Sequence record: SRR20825006_932 | DNA length: 64,000 bases | Strand: one strand, 5' to 3' | Part shown: piece after piece, positions 1-9,772 of the stretch | Layout of the letters: every line of letters starts with the position of its first letter | Position numbering within the stretch: the stretch's first letter is position 1 | Made by a program: the position numbers and the translations under genes | Notes under the pieces: generated by a model | Seen by the model: only the letters and a program-made list of their open reading frames with translations | Databases searched by the model: none | What the model was told of the DNA's origin: nothing

Positions 1-93
1 GTACGTGCTAAACCCGAGATTCGGGGGCGGTTCAAAAGTACACCTATTAATGAGATGAAAGCATTAGTGAGCACGGAAATAATGTCAGGGAAA
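1..93 (+). ncRNA. Candidate 3' half of 6S RNA (ssrS), truncated by the window edge
   Basis: Short hairpin CCCGA-GAT-TCGGG (13-25), then GGCGGTTCAA (26-35), CACGG (72-76) and TGTCAGGGAAA. This matches the order of the GGGUUCAA...CGG...CAGGG elements at the 3' side of 6S RNAs. The 5' half is not visible. Confidence 0.45.
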
Positions 94-143
94 GGTTAGT
101 TATCAACTGCGAACAAAGCCATTGCTATTTAATAGCAGGAAAT

Positions 144-177
144 ATCCTTCTCCCGAAGCATCGGGATTAGGACGACA
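144..177. repeat. REP-like palindromic element (degenerate)
   Basis: ATCCTTC-TCCCGA-AGCA-TCGGGA-TTAGGACGAC: a 6-bp hairpin inside a GATCCTTC...AGGATGAC-like frame, resembling short extragenic palindromes of Bacteroidota genomes. An adjacent palindrome TGCTATT-T-AATAGCA lies at 123-137. Single copy in the window. Confidence 0.35.
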
Positions 178-288
178 GTAAGCGTTGTTTGATTTATTAG
201 ATTCGTCAACGCAATATCTAACTTATTCAAGAATTATTGTTTACGTTGTGAAACAGTCAAGGAATTTTCTAAAATCTGTAACCTTACT

Positions 289-1713
289 TTAGGCTCTGAT
301 AGCAAGGTTTAGAATTTCCATCCAATAATTGTATGTAAATAGCAAAACCAGTGCTAATACAGAAAGTACAGTGTGCAAAAAGATTGTTTTTATAAGATAC
401 CTGCCACGTGCAAGAGAGAGCCTTTTGGAGGTGCCAATAACTGAAATATTGAAACTCGCGTACCAAGTAACTAGATAAGTTATTGCTAGAAATAGCAGGT
501 AATAATGAGGAGCCTGTGCAATAAAAAGAACTCCCATTATGGTTACTACAATGAAATCAAGATGGAAAATCCATGTAAAGATATTCATAGCTTGATTAAA
601 ATGAACCAGGCCTGGGTTGGGGATATAGATCCAAAGAATTGCTATAAGCTCAATAAGTAGGATAATTATCACAGAGATAAAAAACAGAGCGAAGTAACTA
701 TGACCTGCTATTGATAAAATTGGAGCTAAGTCATACAAAGCATTTAACCCAGTTTCACTGAGGTATACTTTTGCGAGGAAATAAGTAACGAGTCCACCAA
801 ATAAGGCGTGCTGGAAAAGGAGATAAACAGCACTTATCGAAGAGCGATGTCGGTAGCTTAAAACATCATCCACAAAAAAGCGATGTGCCACAAAATACCG
901 GAGAATGGTGCTTTGATAGGTTGCATTGAGCATAATATTTATGGCAACGCTAATCCACAATAATAAGATTAACAAAATAGCCCATTGAAATGGAGCTGAT
1001 GAATCTTCTAATGCAGGCAAAGGAATGTGTGCTGAAGTTAAGTCTGAAGCATTTGAAATAGCATTTGAGAAAGAAGGGAATTGTGAACTGATTCCAAGAA
1101 GCCAAGTATCTTTAACTATTAAGTAATTATTGGAAGTTTGTATGCCCTGTACAAATTCATGGATGGATGCTTTTTCAATACGATCGGTTTGTAGGAGCTG
1201 TGCTACCGGATGGTCGCTGTCGATCTGCAAAAGTTCATTGTTGAAAATCTGGAAGAATTTTAGGGAATCTTTTAAACCAGATTCAAGAATGAAATCTTTT
1301 TCAAGAGCTTCAAATGTATCACTATAACTTTGGCTGTTATTGAAGAGAACCAAACCAGAAAAAGTGGGGGAAGAAGAGTATTGCTGATGGATATTCTTTA
1401 CTTTTTCAAGAACTATGGATTTGTTTTCAACAAAGCGAGTGGCAGTGTAATACTCAAATCCTGAGTTTATCAAATAAGGAATTCCTGTGTTCTCTAATTC
1501 CAATAATATATTATCAGAAACGGGGTGATCCAGAATTATAAGGCCTACGGAGTAATCGCTAAAAGTAGATAGCTGGTTTGAGATATTTTTTTGATTATTT
1601 TCTGGGTGCCAGACTACTCCCAACTTTGTTTGAGCTTGTATAGAGCTTGGAATTAACAAAAGACCCAAGCTCCATAGTGCTACCGAAAGCAGGTATTTCC
1701 ACCTGGCTTTCAT
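289..1713 (-). CDS. Hypothetical membrane protein: signal peptide, periplasmic domain, about 6-7 C-terminal TM helices
   Basis: 474-aa ORF abutting the miaB stop; N-terminal signal (SSIQA|Q); hydrophobic C-terminal half. Confidence 0.75.
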   Translation of the reverse strand: MKARWKYLLSVALWSLGLLLIPSSIQAQTKLGVVWHPENNQKNISNQLSTFSDYSVGLIILDHPVSDNILLELENTGIPYLINSGFEYYTATRFVENKSIVLEKVKNIHQQYSSSPTFSGLVLFNNSQSYSDTFEALEKDFILESGLKDSLKFFQIFNNELLQIDSDHPVAQLLQTDRIEKASIHEFVQGIQTSNNYLIVKDTWLLGISSQFPSFSNAISNASDLTSAHIPLPALEDSSAPFQWAILLILLLWISVAINIMLNATYQSTILRYFVAHRFFVDDVLSYRHRSSISAVYLLFQHALFGGLVTYFLAKVYLSETGLNALYDLAPILSIAGHSYFALFFISVIIILLIELIAILWIYIPNPGLVHFNQAMNIFTWIFHLDFIVVTIMGVLFIAQAPHYYLLFLAITYLVTWYASFNISVIGTSKRLSLARGRYLIKTIFLHTVLSVLALVLLFTYNYWMEILNLAIRA

Positions 1714-3072
1714 TTAGGCTACTGCTAGTTCTTCTGCAAATTCAGCAATACTACTTAATTTGATAGGCTTAGCAATCAATGTAGCTGAAGTACAACCTGT
1801 AATTTCAACCTCTACGTATTGTCCAGGTTTAAAATCAAGCGCATCAAAAACAACCATTCTATTAGTATCGGTTCGTCCTTGAAGCTGAGTTTCAGAACGC
1901 TTACTTACTTTCTCAGCTAATACTAAATGACGAACTCCAATTTCTGCTTTATTACGCGCTTCCTGAATGTCCATCTGCTGAGTTATAATTTCAGATAGTC
2001 GACGTTTTTTTACTTCTTCGGGTACGTCATCTTCAAATTTACGATAAGCGAGAGTTCGCTCACGTTCAGAGTAAGCAAACATGTAAGCTAAGTCATAACC
2101 TACTTCTTTCATCAAGCTCATCGTGCCTTGATGCTCTTCTTCTGTTTCTCCACAAAATCCAGCAATTACATCTGTAGAAAGAGAAACGCCAGGAATAATA
2201 GCTCTGATTTTGTCAGTTAAAGCTAAATACTGTTCGCGTGTGTACGGTCTACGCATGCGTTCTAGCATGGTGTCGCTACCGGCTTGCGCAGGCATATGAA
2301 TATAGTTACACAGATTTGGTTGCTCGGCAATAATATGAAGCAACTCATCTGGGAAATCTTTTGGATGCGGAGAAGAGAATCTAAAACGAATTTCTTTGTT
2401 TACTTGGCTCGCTTCGTACATTAATTTAGCAAACGAGTTTTCACCGTCCTTATAGGAATTTACATTCTGTCCAAGAAGGGTGATTTCTTTATATCCTTCG
2501 TCGCTCAGTTGTCTAATTTCCTTTAGAATGCTTTCCATTGGGCGACTGCGTTCACGCCCTCTAGTAAACGGAACCACGCAGAAAGAGCACATATTGTCGC
2601 AACCACGCATAATTGAAACGAATGCATTAATGCCGTTACTAATGGTACGTACAGGCGCAATATCTGCATAGGTTTCTTCGAGAGATAGAAGTACGTTAAC
2701 AGCTTTTCTTCCGTCATCAACTTCAGCCAAAAGGCGAGGAATATCGCGGTAGGCATCTGGGCCTACAACGATATCAACCAAATGCTCTTGCTCCAAAATT
2801 TGATCTTTAATACGCTCAGCCATACAGCCCAATACACCAACGGTTAAGTTGCTATTGGACTTCTTGATGGAGCGTAGTTCTTTTAGGCGATTCCAAACTT
2901 TAGTTTCTGCATTTTCACGAATAGAACATGTATTAACGAGTACTACATCAGCACTTTCTGCATTAAGAGCTGGTGACATCCCATCGTTAATCAAAATGGA
3001 GTTTACTACTTCCGTATCTGCAAAATTCATTGCACAGCCGTAGGTTTCTATATAAAATCTTTTTGAGTTCAC
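1714..3072 (-). CDS. miaB: tRNA-2-methylthio-N6-dimethylallyladenosine synthase MiaB
   Basis: ETYGCAMN, NTCSIRENAE, radical SAM motif CDNMCSFC, C-terminal TRAM domain; GTG start. Confidence 0.96.
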   Translation of the reverse strand: MNSKRFYIETYGCAMNFADTEVVNSILINDGMSPALNAESADVVLVNTCSIRENAETKVWNRLKELRSIKKSNSNLTVGVLGCMAERIKDQILEQEHLVDIVVGPDAYRDIPRLLAEVDDGRKAVNVLLSLEETYADIAPVRTISNGINAFVSIMRGCDNMCSFCVVPFTRGRERSRPMESILKEIRQLSDEGYKEITLLGQNVNSYKDGENSFAKLMYEASQVNKEIRFRFSSPHPKDFPDELLHIIAEQPNLCNYIHMPAQAGSDTMLERMRRPYTREQYLALTDKIRAIIPGVSLSTDVIAGFCGETEEEHQGTMSLMKEVGYDLAYMFAYSERERTLAYRKFEDDVPEEVKKRRLSEIITQQMDIQEARNKAEIGVRHLVLAEKVSKRSETQLQGRTDTNRMVVFDALDFKPGQYVEVEITGCTSATLIAKPIKLSSIAEFAEELAVA

Positions 3073-3116
3073 GATAAAATCTTTTTATGAAATGAAGAGA
3101 ATAACAGTTCTATAAG

Positions 3117-3764
3117 TTATAGAATTTTAGGCCATGTTGCAGGAGCGGTTCTCCAACTCGAAAGAAGTTCTAAGTCTTTTTCGTTTACAATCCCTTTCTC
3201 TACGGCAACATCAATAAGTGTATTGTAGTCCGTTAAACTATAAACAGGAACATTAATTTCGTCAAAACGTTCTTGAGCTTTATCAAAGCCGTAAGTGAAA
3301 ATAGAAACAACGGCGCTTACTTTAGCTCCCACAAAATGTAGCGCTTCGAGCACAGAAATTGCTGATCCACCGGTTGAAATCAAATCTTCAATTACGATGG
3401 TTGTTTGACCTTTATCAACACCACCTTCGATTTGGTTGCCCATTCCATGCGCTTTAGCTTTAGCGCGCACATAAGCCATCTGTTTGTCCATGTCCTGTGC
3501 AACCCAAGCTGCGTGTGGAATTCCTGCAGTAGCAGTTCCAGTAATAACGTCAACATCAGGATAGTTCTCTTTTATAAAAGCACTAAAATGCTGAGCAATT
3601 TTTTTGCGAATTGCTGGGTGGCGTAATGTTAGCCTATTATCACAATAAATAGGCGAATTCCATCCAGAAGACCATTTAAAAGGTTCGTTTGGTCTAAGAA
3701 CAACCGCGTTAATATCTAATAAGTGAGCCGCAAGCTCACGTGAAAATGAGTTATCAATAATCAT
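3117..3764 (-). CDS. pyrE: Orotate phosphoribosyltransferase
   Basis: WSSGWNSPIYCDNR, PRPP motif VIEDLISTGGS. Confidence 0.96.
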   Translation of the reverse strand: MIIDNSFSRELAAHLLDINAVVLRPNEPFKWSSGWNSPIYCDNRLTLRHPAIRKKIAQHFSAFIKENYPDVDVITGTATAGIPHAAWVAQDMDKQMAYVRAKAKAHGMGNQIEGGVDKGQTTIVIEDLISTGGSAISVLEALHFVGAKVSAVVSIFTYGFDKAQERFDEINVPVYSLTDYNTLIDVAVEKGIVNEKDLELLSSWRTAPATWPKIL

Positions 3765-3811
3765 ATCAAAATAAATTCTTTTTGTTAGGCTATGGCGATG
3801 AGTCTGTATTT

Positions 3812-4303
3812 TTAAGCCATCCCAGTATATTCAGCCCAGATAAAAATAAGAGTTTTTAGGCATATAAGCGCATACAATCCTGCCAATATATCATCTGCTA
3901 AGATACCAAATCCCGACTTCAGATTTTGGAGTTTATTAATACCTAAAGGTTTCAGAATATCGAAAAACCTAAAAAGTATAAAGCCTACTAAAAGTATGAT
4001 TAGGTCGGCTTTTAAGGAACCCATAGATGCAATTGTTAGAAATGTTACGGCCTGACCAGCCCATTCATCAATAACCATTTTTCCAGGATCTTCTCCCCAA
4101 TGTTCTTCGCAAGTGTCACTAACCCAAAGGTTTAAAACAGAGCTAATAGCGATAAATATCACTAAGTAAATGAGCGCATTCTGAGAGTGAAATATAAAAT
4201 AGATTGGAATGAGAGCAAATAAACTTCCCCAGGTGCCAGGAAATTTAGGAAGATAACCTGACCCAAAACCAGACCCAACCAATAATTTTAATGCTCGAAT
4301 CAT
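3812..4303 (-). CDS. pgpA: Phosphatidylglycerophosphatase A
   Basis: PGTWGS, DPGKMVIDEWAG, FRFFDILKP, GILADDILAG. Confidence 0.95.
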   Translation of the reverse strand: MIRALKLLVGSGFGSGYLPKFPGTWGSLFALIPIYFIFHSQNALIYLVIFIAISSVLNLWVSDTCEEHWGEDPGKMVIDEWAGQAVTFLTIASMGSLKADLIILLVGFILFRFFDILKPLGINKLQNLKSGFGILADDILAGLYALICLKTLIFIWAEYTGMA

Positions 4304-4887
4304 GCTCTAGATTTTACAAATAAATCACGATTTATAACCACATATTCCATCCCTGAGTATGCAGTTAAAGCAGTAACAAATAGCATAAGGTAGTACATGA
4401 AGTCGGTGCTCAAGATGGAGTCGGCTATGCTTCCGAGCCAAATCTCGTGCCCAGCAAAAACGCCCACTAGTAGTGCTATGTAAAGAAAAACCATTTGCAC
4501 AGTGGTTTTAGTCTTGGCAATAAATCGAGTTTCCATATCCATCTTTCTACGTCTTGCGAAGATGCGAAGGCTTGTAATAAATACGTCTCTAAAAATAATT
4601 ACAAATACTGCCCACCATGGGAATTGCTGCTCATCTACAAAAGGAAGTACGATAAAAGCACTAAATGTGAGGAATTTATCGGCAAGAGGATCAAGGAAAA
4701 CACCCAACGGTGTTTCTATCTCGTGTTTGCGAGCAATGTGTCCGTCAAAAAAGTCGGTAATGGCTGCAATCGTAAAAATCACAATACTTATAGCACTCCA
4801 AAACAAGTCAACCTGTAAATAAAGATACAAGAAAATAGGAGCTAGGATTATCCTTAGGGCGCTGAGTATATTTGGAACGTTTTTCAT
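4300..4887 (-). CDS. pgsA: CDP-diacylglycerol--glycerol-3-phosphate 3-phosphatidyltransferase
   Basis: PNILSALR, CDP-alcohol motif TDFFDGHIAR...G..LDPLADK; 4-bp overlap with pgpA. Confidence 0.93.
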   Translation of the reverse strand: MKNVPNILSALRIILAPIFLYLYLQVDLFWSAISIVIFTIAAITDFFDGHIARKHEIETPLGVFLDPLADKFLTFSAFIVLPFVDEQQFPWWAVFVIIFRDVFITSLRIFARRRKMDMETRFIAKTKTTVQMVFLYIALLVGVFAGHEIWLGSIADSILSTDFMYYLMLFVTALTAYSGMEYVVINRDLFVKSRA

Positions 4888-4966
4888 CTGAATGAAGATA
4901 TGAAATACAATTGAGATAATACTATCAAAACTAGCTTTTGGATTAAGGAATTAAGAATTTGTATAT

Positions 4967-6253
4967 ATGAAAGTAGAAATCATCTCAATTGGCAACGAAC
5001 TCCTCATCGGCGATACTATAAATACGAATGCTTCATGGATGGGAGAGTTCATGACTGAACATGGATTTGAGGTAGTTCGAGTCCATACTATATCAGATAA
5101 TATCAATCATATAAAAGAAACAGTTACACAAGCGCTTAGTGGAGCAGATCTTGTTTTGTGTACAGGAGGCTTAGGTCCAACACACGATGACATCACCAAA
5201 AAAGCGTTAGCTGAACTTTTTGAAATGAACATGAGAACTGATTACGAAGTTCTAGATTTTGTTAAAATCATGTTCGCTGAGCGTAAAATTCCGTTCTCAC
5301 AATCAAACTTTGGACAAGCCGAAGTTCCAGAACATTGCGAAGTTTTATTTAATAAAGCGGGTACTGCGCCTGGGATGTGGTTTAACATAGATGGGAAATA
5401 TCTAGCCGTTATGCCTGGTGTACCATACGAGATGAAGTACATAATGAAAAACGGCGTTGCCCCAAAATTGAGAGAAAGTTTTGGTGATGTTGGCTATTTA
5501 TACTCTCATTACATCAAAACTGCAGGAATTGGTGAGAGTACTTTAAGTGATAACGTGCTGGGAAATCTAGATAGATTTTTGAACAACGGAGTAAGTTTAG
5601 CATTTCTACCAATGGCTGGGGGGGTAATGCTCCGTTTAAACGGACAAGGCACCACCAAAGAAAAAGCCATAGCAAGTATATCGTCTCTTTTAAATTATAT
5701 TTTAGATAAGGCAGCAGAGTTTATAATTGGAGAGGGAAAAGACCTTACTGTTAGCGAAGTAGTTGGAAAGTTACTAATTGAGAAAAAGTTAACTATTGCA
5801 ACTGCAGAAAGCTGCACTGGAGGAATGATTGTGAACGAGCTAACAAATATTGCCGGAAGTAGTTCGTATGTACTGGGTGGAATCGTTGCATATTCAAACT
5901 CCGTTAAAGTGAATCAGCTTAAAGTTACCCAGTCAGATTTAGAAGCTTATGGTGCCGTGAGCAAACAAGTTGCTTTGCAAATGGCTAGAGGTGCAGCCTC
6001 AAATTTGGGAGCTGATATTGGAATATCAACTACAGGAATTGCAGGGCCTGGAGGTGGAACCGACGAAAAACCAGTGGGTACTGTTTGGATTGGTTTCTGG
6101 AGCAAAAATGAACATTTTGCTATAAAAGCGATGTTCACAAAAGATCGCTTAATTAATAAAGAAAGAACAACTCGTACAGTATTAGAACTTTTACGTAGGA
6201 ATCTAACGGGAATTGATAGCATTCCTTATAACTTGGAAAAGCAACTTCCTTGA
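4967..6253 (+). CDS. cinA: Competence/damage-inducible protein CinA (MoCF-like domain + NMN deamidase PncC)
   Basis: IGNELLIG, GGLGPTHDDIT, AESCTGG, TGIAGPGGG. Confidence 0.95.
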   Translation: MKVEIISIGNELLIGDTINTNASWMGEFMTEHGFEVVRVHTISDNINHIKETVTQALSGADLVLCTGGLGPTHDDITKKALAELFEMNMRTDYEVLDFVKIMFAERKIPFSQSNFGQAEVPEHCEVLFNKAGTAPGMWFNIDGKYLAVMPGVPYEMKYIMKNGVAPKLRESFGDVGYLYSHYIKTAGIGESTLSDNVLGNLDRFLNNGVSLAFLPMAGGVMLRLNGQGTTKEKAIASISSLLNYILDKAAEFIIGEGKDLTVSEVVGKLLIEKKLTIATAESCTGGMIVNELTNIAGSSSYVLGGIVAYSNSVKVNQLKVTQSDLEAYGAVSKQVALQMARGAASNLGADIGISTTGIAGPGGGTDEKPVGTVWIGFWSKNEHFAIKAMFTKDRLINKERTTRTVLELLRRNLTGIDSIPYNLEKQLP

Positions 6254-8220
6254 GAAAAATTTGTGTTCTCCATATCGTTTTCTTTCTCGTAGTCTATTCG
6301 GTAAGCGTAACAGCTCAAGTGTCAGACTCATTAAAAGTGGACACTCTTCGAACCACTACTACTCCAGATTCTGTTCTTCCGTCAAAAAACAAAAGCATTC
6401 TTCCCAAAAAAGAAGAAAAAGTGATTAAGAGAGTGAGCCCTTGGATAAAACAAAGTGATTCGTTCTCTGATGTAATTACAAATGATAGTCTTTTGAGGTG
6501 GCAGATATGGCCTAATTGGGGTGATTTTTATGCGTATCGAAAGGATGTACTGAGTTATCGTCAGGGCACGATTGGTCGAGTTGATGCTTTTTCTATTAAC
6601 GGATATGATATGCGTGAGCAGAACGTATTCTTTGACGAAGTTGGGATGAATAACCCAATCACAGGAGCGATTAATTATAATTTCATTCCTCATCATAAGA
6701 TTAAATCTGTTTCAGAGACGTATTCTGGAAACTTGAAATCTGAAATCACTTCTAAAGACTATTATATAACAAAGCCCATTAGCTATTTGAATTATGATGA
6801 AAGCTCGGCTGGTTATCGGAACTTGGAATTTATGTTGGCACAAAATACTAGCCCAACTACCAATGTTGAACTTTCGTTTTGGGATAGAAGGGAAGAAGGT
6901 TATTACTCTAGAAGTGGAGTACAAGGGAGTCAGGTTTTTGGTAAAATTTATCATCATCTGGGAGATAAATTCCAAATACAAGGAATGTATTTACGCAATC
7001 AGTTCGAGAATGAAGAACCTTTTGGTTATGTGGTAAGTGACCCTACTTTTTTTAGTTTTGATGAGTTCACTGCACAATCAAATGAAAGCTCAGCAAAAGC
7101 CGAACATCTTAGAACTGATATGAAAATCGGAATCTATGAGCGCGCTGATTCTTCAAGTACAGAAGCGGGCGGATTGGTTTTTACCAAAACAAGAAACGAT
7201 TATAATCTTTCATTTTCCTTAGATACTCTTTTCTGGGACTTGAGTGAGCATCGAGCACAAGCTTTCAAAAGCATAAATATTGGATCATTAAGATTGAAAG
7301 GAGAATTTGGTGCGTATATTACTTCAACATCAGATAGCTCTACCATTGCCAAAAAAGATTGGGGAGGAAGTGTTGTTTCATTGAGTTCGCAGTTTACATT
7401 TTCAAAATACCTTAGCGCAAAGCTATTTGGTGGGTTAGAGCGCAGGAACGATAAACAGTCGAGTAATGATATTTCAGCGGGAATACTGTTTAACGCCAGT
7501 TTTCTAGACGGAAAAATTATAGCATCAAAAGAAAGTAGAATGCCTAGCATACAGTCTATGTATTGGGGCGGGCGTAATTATTTCGGAAATCCGGTATTGA
7601 ATAATGAACAGGTTCAATCCATCTACGGAGATTTGAATATTACTTTGGGGGAAAAGTTTGAAATTGGAATATCTGGTAGGTATAAAAAAACAGAAGATGC
7701 TATTCTATTATCCCAATTTAAGACATTTGTGAATGGTGGTGACATTGAACTATTGAACGGAACTATATTTGGGCAATATCACTCTCAGAGCTTAGAGATT
7801 GAAAGCTCTGCTACCACAGAATATGCTCTTAATGAGAGTTACATAGTTGGTGTCGACTCTCTAAATGCTAGAGGTAATAAACTATCTATTCGGAACTCAA
7901 TATTTCTAAAGAAGTATGCTTTTGATAAAGCAGCCTTCATAAAAATGGGTGTTCGTACGCTTTTTTCTCCATTTTATTTTGAAAGCCAAAAATATAATAC
8001 CGAGTTAAGTTACTGGCAGTATAATTCGCTCGAGCAACAAACTCCTTCATTCTTTAGATTAGATCTGGAAATTTCTGCAAGAGTTCGGTCAATGATGGTT
8101 TTAATAAGATGGGAAAATGCACTTGACGGTGTAGGTCAGGCAGGCTACTTTGAGTCGGCTTCATATCCTATGTCGCCCAGACGTTTATTGGTTGGAATCA
8201 GAGCACAATTTAGAAACTAA
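6250..8220 (+). CDS. Putative outer-membrane beta-barrel (Bacteroidota putative porin family)
   Basis: 656 aa, signal peptide, amphipathic beta-strand pattern, C-terminal GIRAQFRN; TTG start overlapping the cinA stop. Confidence 0.7.
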   Translation: MRKICVLHIVFFLVVYSVSVTAQVSDSLKVDTLRTTTTPDSVLPSKNKSILPKKEEKVIKRVSPWIKQSDSFSDVITNDSLLRWQIWPNWGDFYAYRKDVLSYRQGTIGRVDAFSINGYDMREQNVFFDEVGMNNPITGAINYNFIPHHKIKSVSETYSGNLKSEITSKDYYITKPISYLNYDESSAGYRNLEFMLAQNTSPTTNVELSFWDRREEGYYSRSGVQGSQVFGKIYHHLGDKFQIQGMYLRNQFENEEPFGYVVSDPTFFSFDEFTAQSNESSAKAEHLRTDMKIGIYERADSSSTEAGGLVFTKTRNDYNLSFSLDTLFWDLSEHRAQAFKSINIGSLRLKGEFGAYITSTSDSSTIAKKDWGGSVVSLSSQFTFSKYLSAKLFGGLERRNDKQSSNDISAGILFNASFLDGKIIASKESRMPSIQSMYWGGRNYFGNPVLNNEQVQSIYGDLNITLGEKFEIGISGRYKKTEDAILLSQFKTFVNGGDIELLNGTIFGQYHSQSLEIESSATTEYALNESYIVGVDSLNARGNKLSIRNSIFLKKYAFDKAAFIKMGVRTLFSPFYFESQKYNTELSYWQYNSLEQQTPSFFRLDLEISARVRSMMVLIRWENALDGVGQAGYFESASYPMSPRRLLVGIRAQFRN

Positions 8221-8222
8221 AA

Positions 8223-9104
8223 ATGAATCTTAAATACATTGTAAAAGAAGGCATAGCAGGCATAAGAAGGGCAAAACTAGCTGCTACCACATCAATTTTT
8301 TCTCTATTTGTGGCCATACTCCTTCTGGGAATTCTAACTCGCGTTTTTTATAACGTGTATACTCAAGCGATGAGCCTCAAAGAAGTTGAGATTGAGGTTT
8401 TTATATTTGATATGGACGAACGCTCAACCGACGAAGTTCGAAATCAAATTGTGAAAGAAGATCTTGTTGAGGGAATTTCGTATATCTCAAAAGACAGTGC
8501 ATCTACAGTTGCAGCAAAAGATCTAGGCGCAGGAGTAGAAGACTTAATAGAATTGAACTTTTTCCCCGCCTCATTCAAAGTTCAGGTTAATACTGATTCT
8601 GGAGCCGACCTAGTTGAGTCGCTCGCTTCTAGATTTCAAAATATTCGTGGAGTGGATGAAGTAAAGTACAACGCAGCTTTGCTACGAGTGTTAGAGTCTA
8701 ATTTGAGCATTTTTAGCTTAATGGGGGTGGGAATTGGAGTATTAATTTTACTAGCCGCTGTTATCTTGGTTTATAATACTATACGTCTCACAATTTACGC
8801 GAAGAAAGATTTAATTAGAGCAATGAAGCTAGTTGGAGCTACTAATAAATTTATTAGAAGTCCATTTATAGTTGAAGGGGTTATTCAAGGCGTTATTGCG
8901 GGATCGCTAGCAGTATTATGTGTTTTTGCAGTGTTCGAATTTTTTATCCCGATGTACCTACCAAACATAGGAATTGTAGCGTGGCCTTTTGGGCGTTGGT
9001 ACTTCCTAGTATCAGCTATGCTTGGATTATCTATAATTATGGGATGGTGGGGAAGCAGACTTGCCTCTCGAAAATTCATAGCTGAAACATATATTTCAGG
9101 ATAA
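8223..9104 (+). CDS. ftsX: Cell division permease FtsX
   Basis: NTIRLTIYA...MKLVGAT..FIRSPF.VEG signature; 4 TM helices. Confidence 0.92.
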   Translation: MNLKYIVKEGIAGIRRAKLAATTSIFSLFVAILLLGILTRVFYNVYTQAMSLKEVEIEVFIFDMDERSTDEVRNQIVKEDLVEGISYISKDSASTVAAKDLGAGVEDLIELNFFPASFKVQVNTDSGADLVESLASRFQNIRGVDEVKYNAALLRVLESNLSIFSLMGVGIGVLILLAAVILVYNTIRLTIYAKKDLIRAMKLVGATNKFIRSPFIVEGVIQGVIAGSLAVLCVFAVFEFFIPMYLPNIGIVAWPFGRWYFLVSAMLGLSIIMGWWGSRLASRKFIAETYISG

Positions 9105-9148
9105 GAATCGAGGAAGTTTCTCGACTCAAACCCGATTTATAAACTTGT

Positions 9149-9661
9149 TTAAGCTTTATCTACAGGTACTTTATTGTCGTTTAACGACTTTCTAACTGCA
9201 CATGCTTCGGTATCGGTACATGTACCATAAAAATGTAAGGAATGAGATTTGATATCCATTCCATGAATTTTTCCGAGCATTTCTTGGATTTCTCCAATTC
9301 TAGGATCACAGAACTCTAGCACGTGGCCACACTCGCTACAAATAATATGATCATGCTGTTGATAAGCATAGGCGCGTTCGTAATAGTACTGGCTTTTCCC
9401 AAATTGCTGGCGTTGTACTAATCCACATTCAACCAAAAGATCGAGAGTATTGTATACTGTTGCGCGCGAAACACGTGTACCACCTTCCTTCATACGAAAG
9501 AAAATATCGTCGGCATCAAAGTGGCCATCAGCACGATACATTTCTTCCAAAACCATGAAACGCTCAGGCGTTTGGCGTTGGTTTCGCTCTTTTAGATAAG
9601 AGCGAAAAATTTCTTTAACAAGTTGGATCGTTTCTTCGTGTGCTGGATGTGCCATAATCAT
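9149..9661 (-). CDS. fur: Fur family transcriptional regulator
   Basis: HFDADD, VSRATVYNTL, HDHIICSECG, HFYGTC; start may be at 9655. Confidence 0.88.
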   Translation of the reverse strand: MIMAHPAHEETIQLVKEIFRSYLKERNQRQTPERFMVLEEMYRADGHFDADDIFFRMKEGGTRVSRATVYNTLDLLVECGLVQRQQFGKSQYYYERAYAYQQHDHIICSECGHVLEFCDPRIGEIQEMLGKIHGMDIKSHSLHFYGTCTDTEACAVRKSLNDNKVPVDKA

Positions 9662-9772
9662 GAATTATTTTGCCTTAATATAAGACTTGTTTAGCTGGTT
9701 TTGAAGTGACGTGCATTTGTTTATAGGATTGCTATATTCTTTGCAGAGTAATCAGGAACAAAACTAGTACAT

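Noticed and set aside
1-40. Minus-strand GAACCGCC...GCACGTAC resembling group II intron domain V
   Set aside because: Spacing and pairing do not give the canonical DV hairpin and no RT ORF is adjacent; the plus-strand 6S reading fits better.
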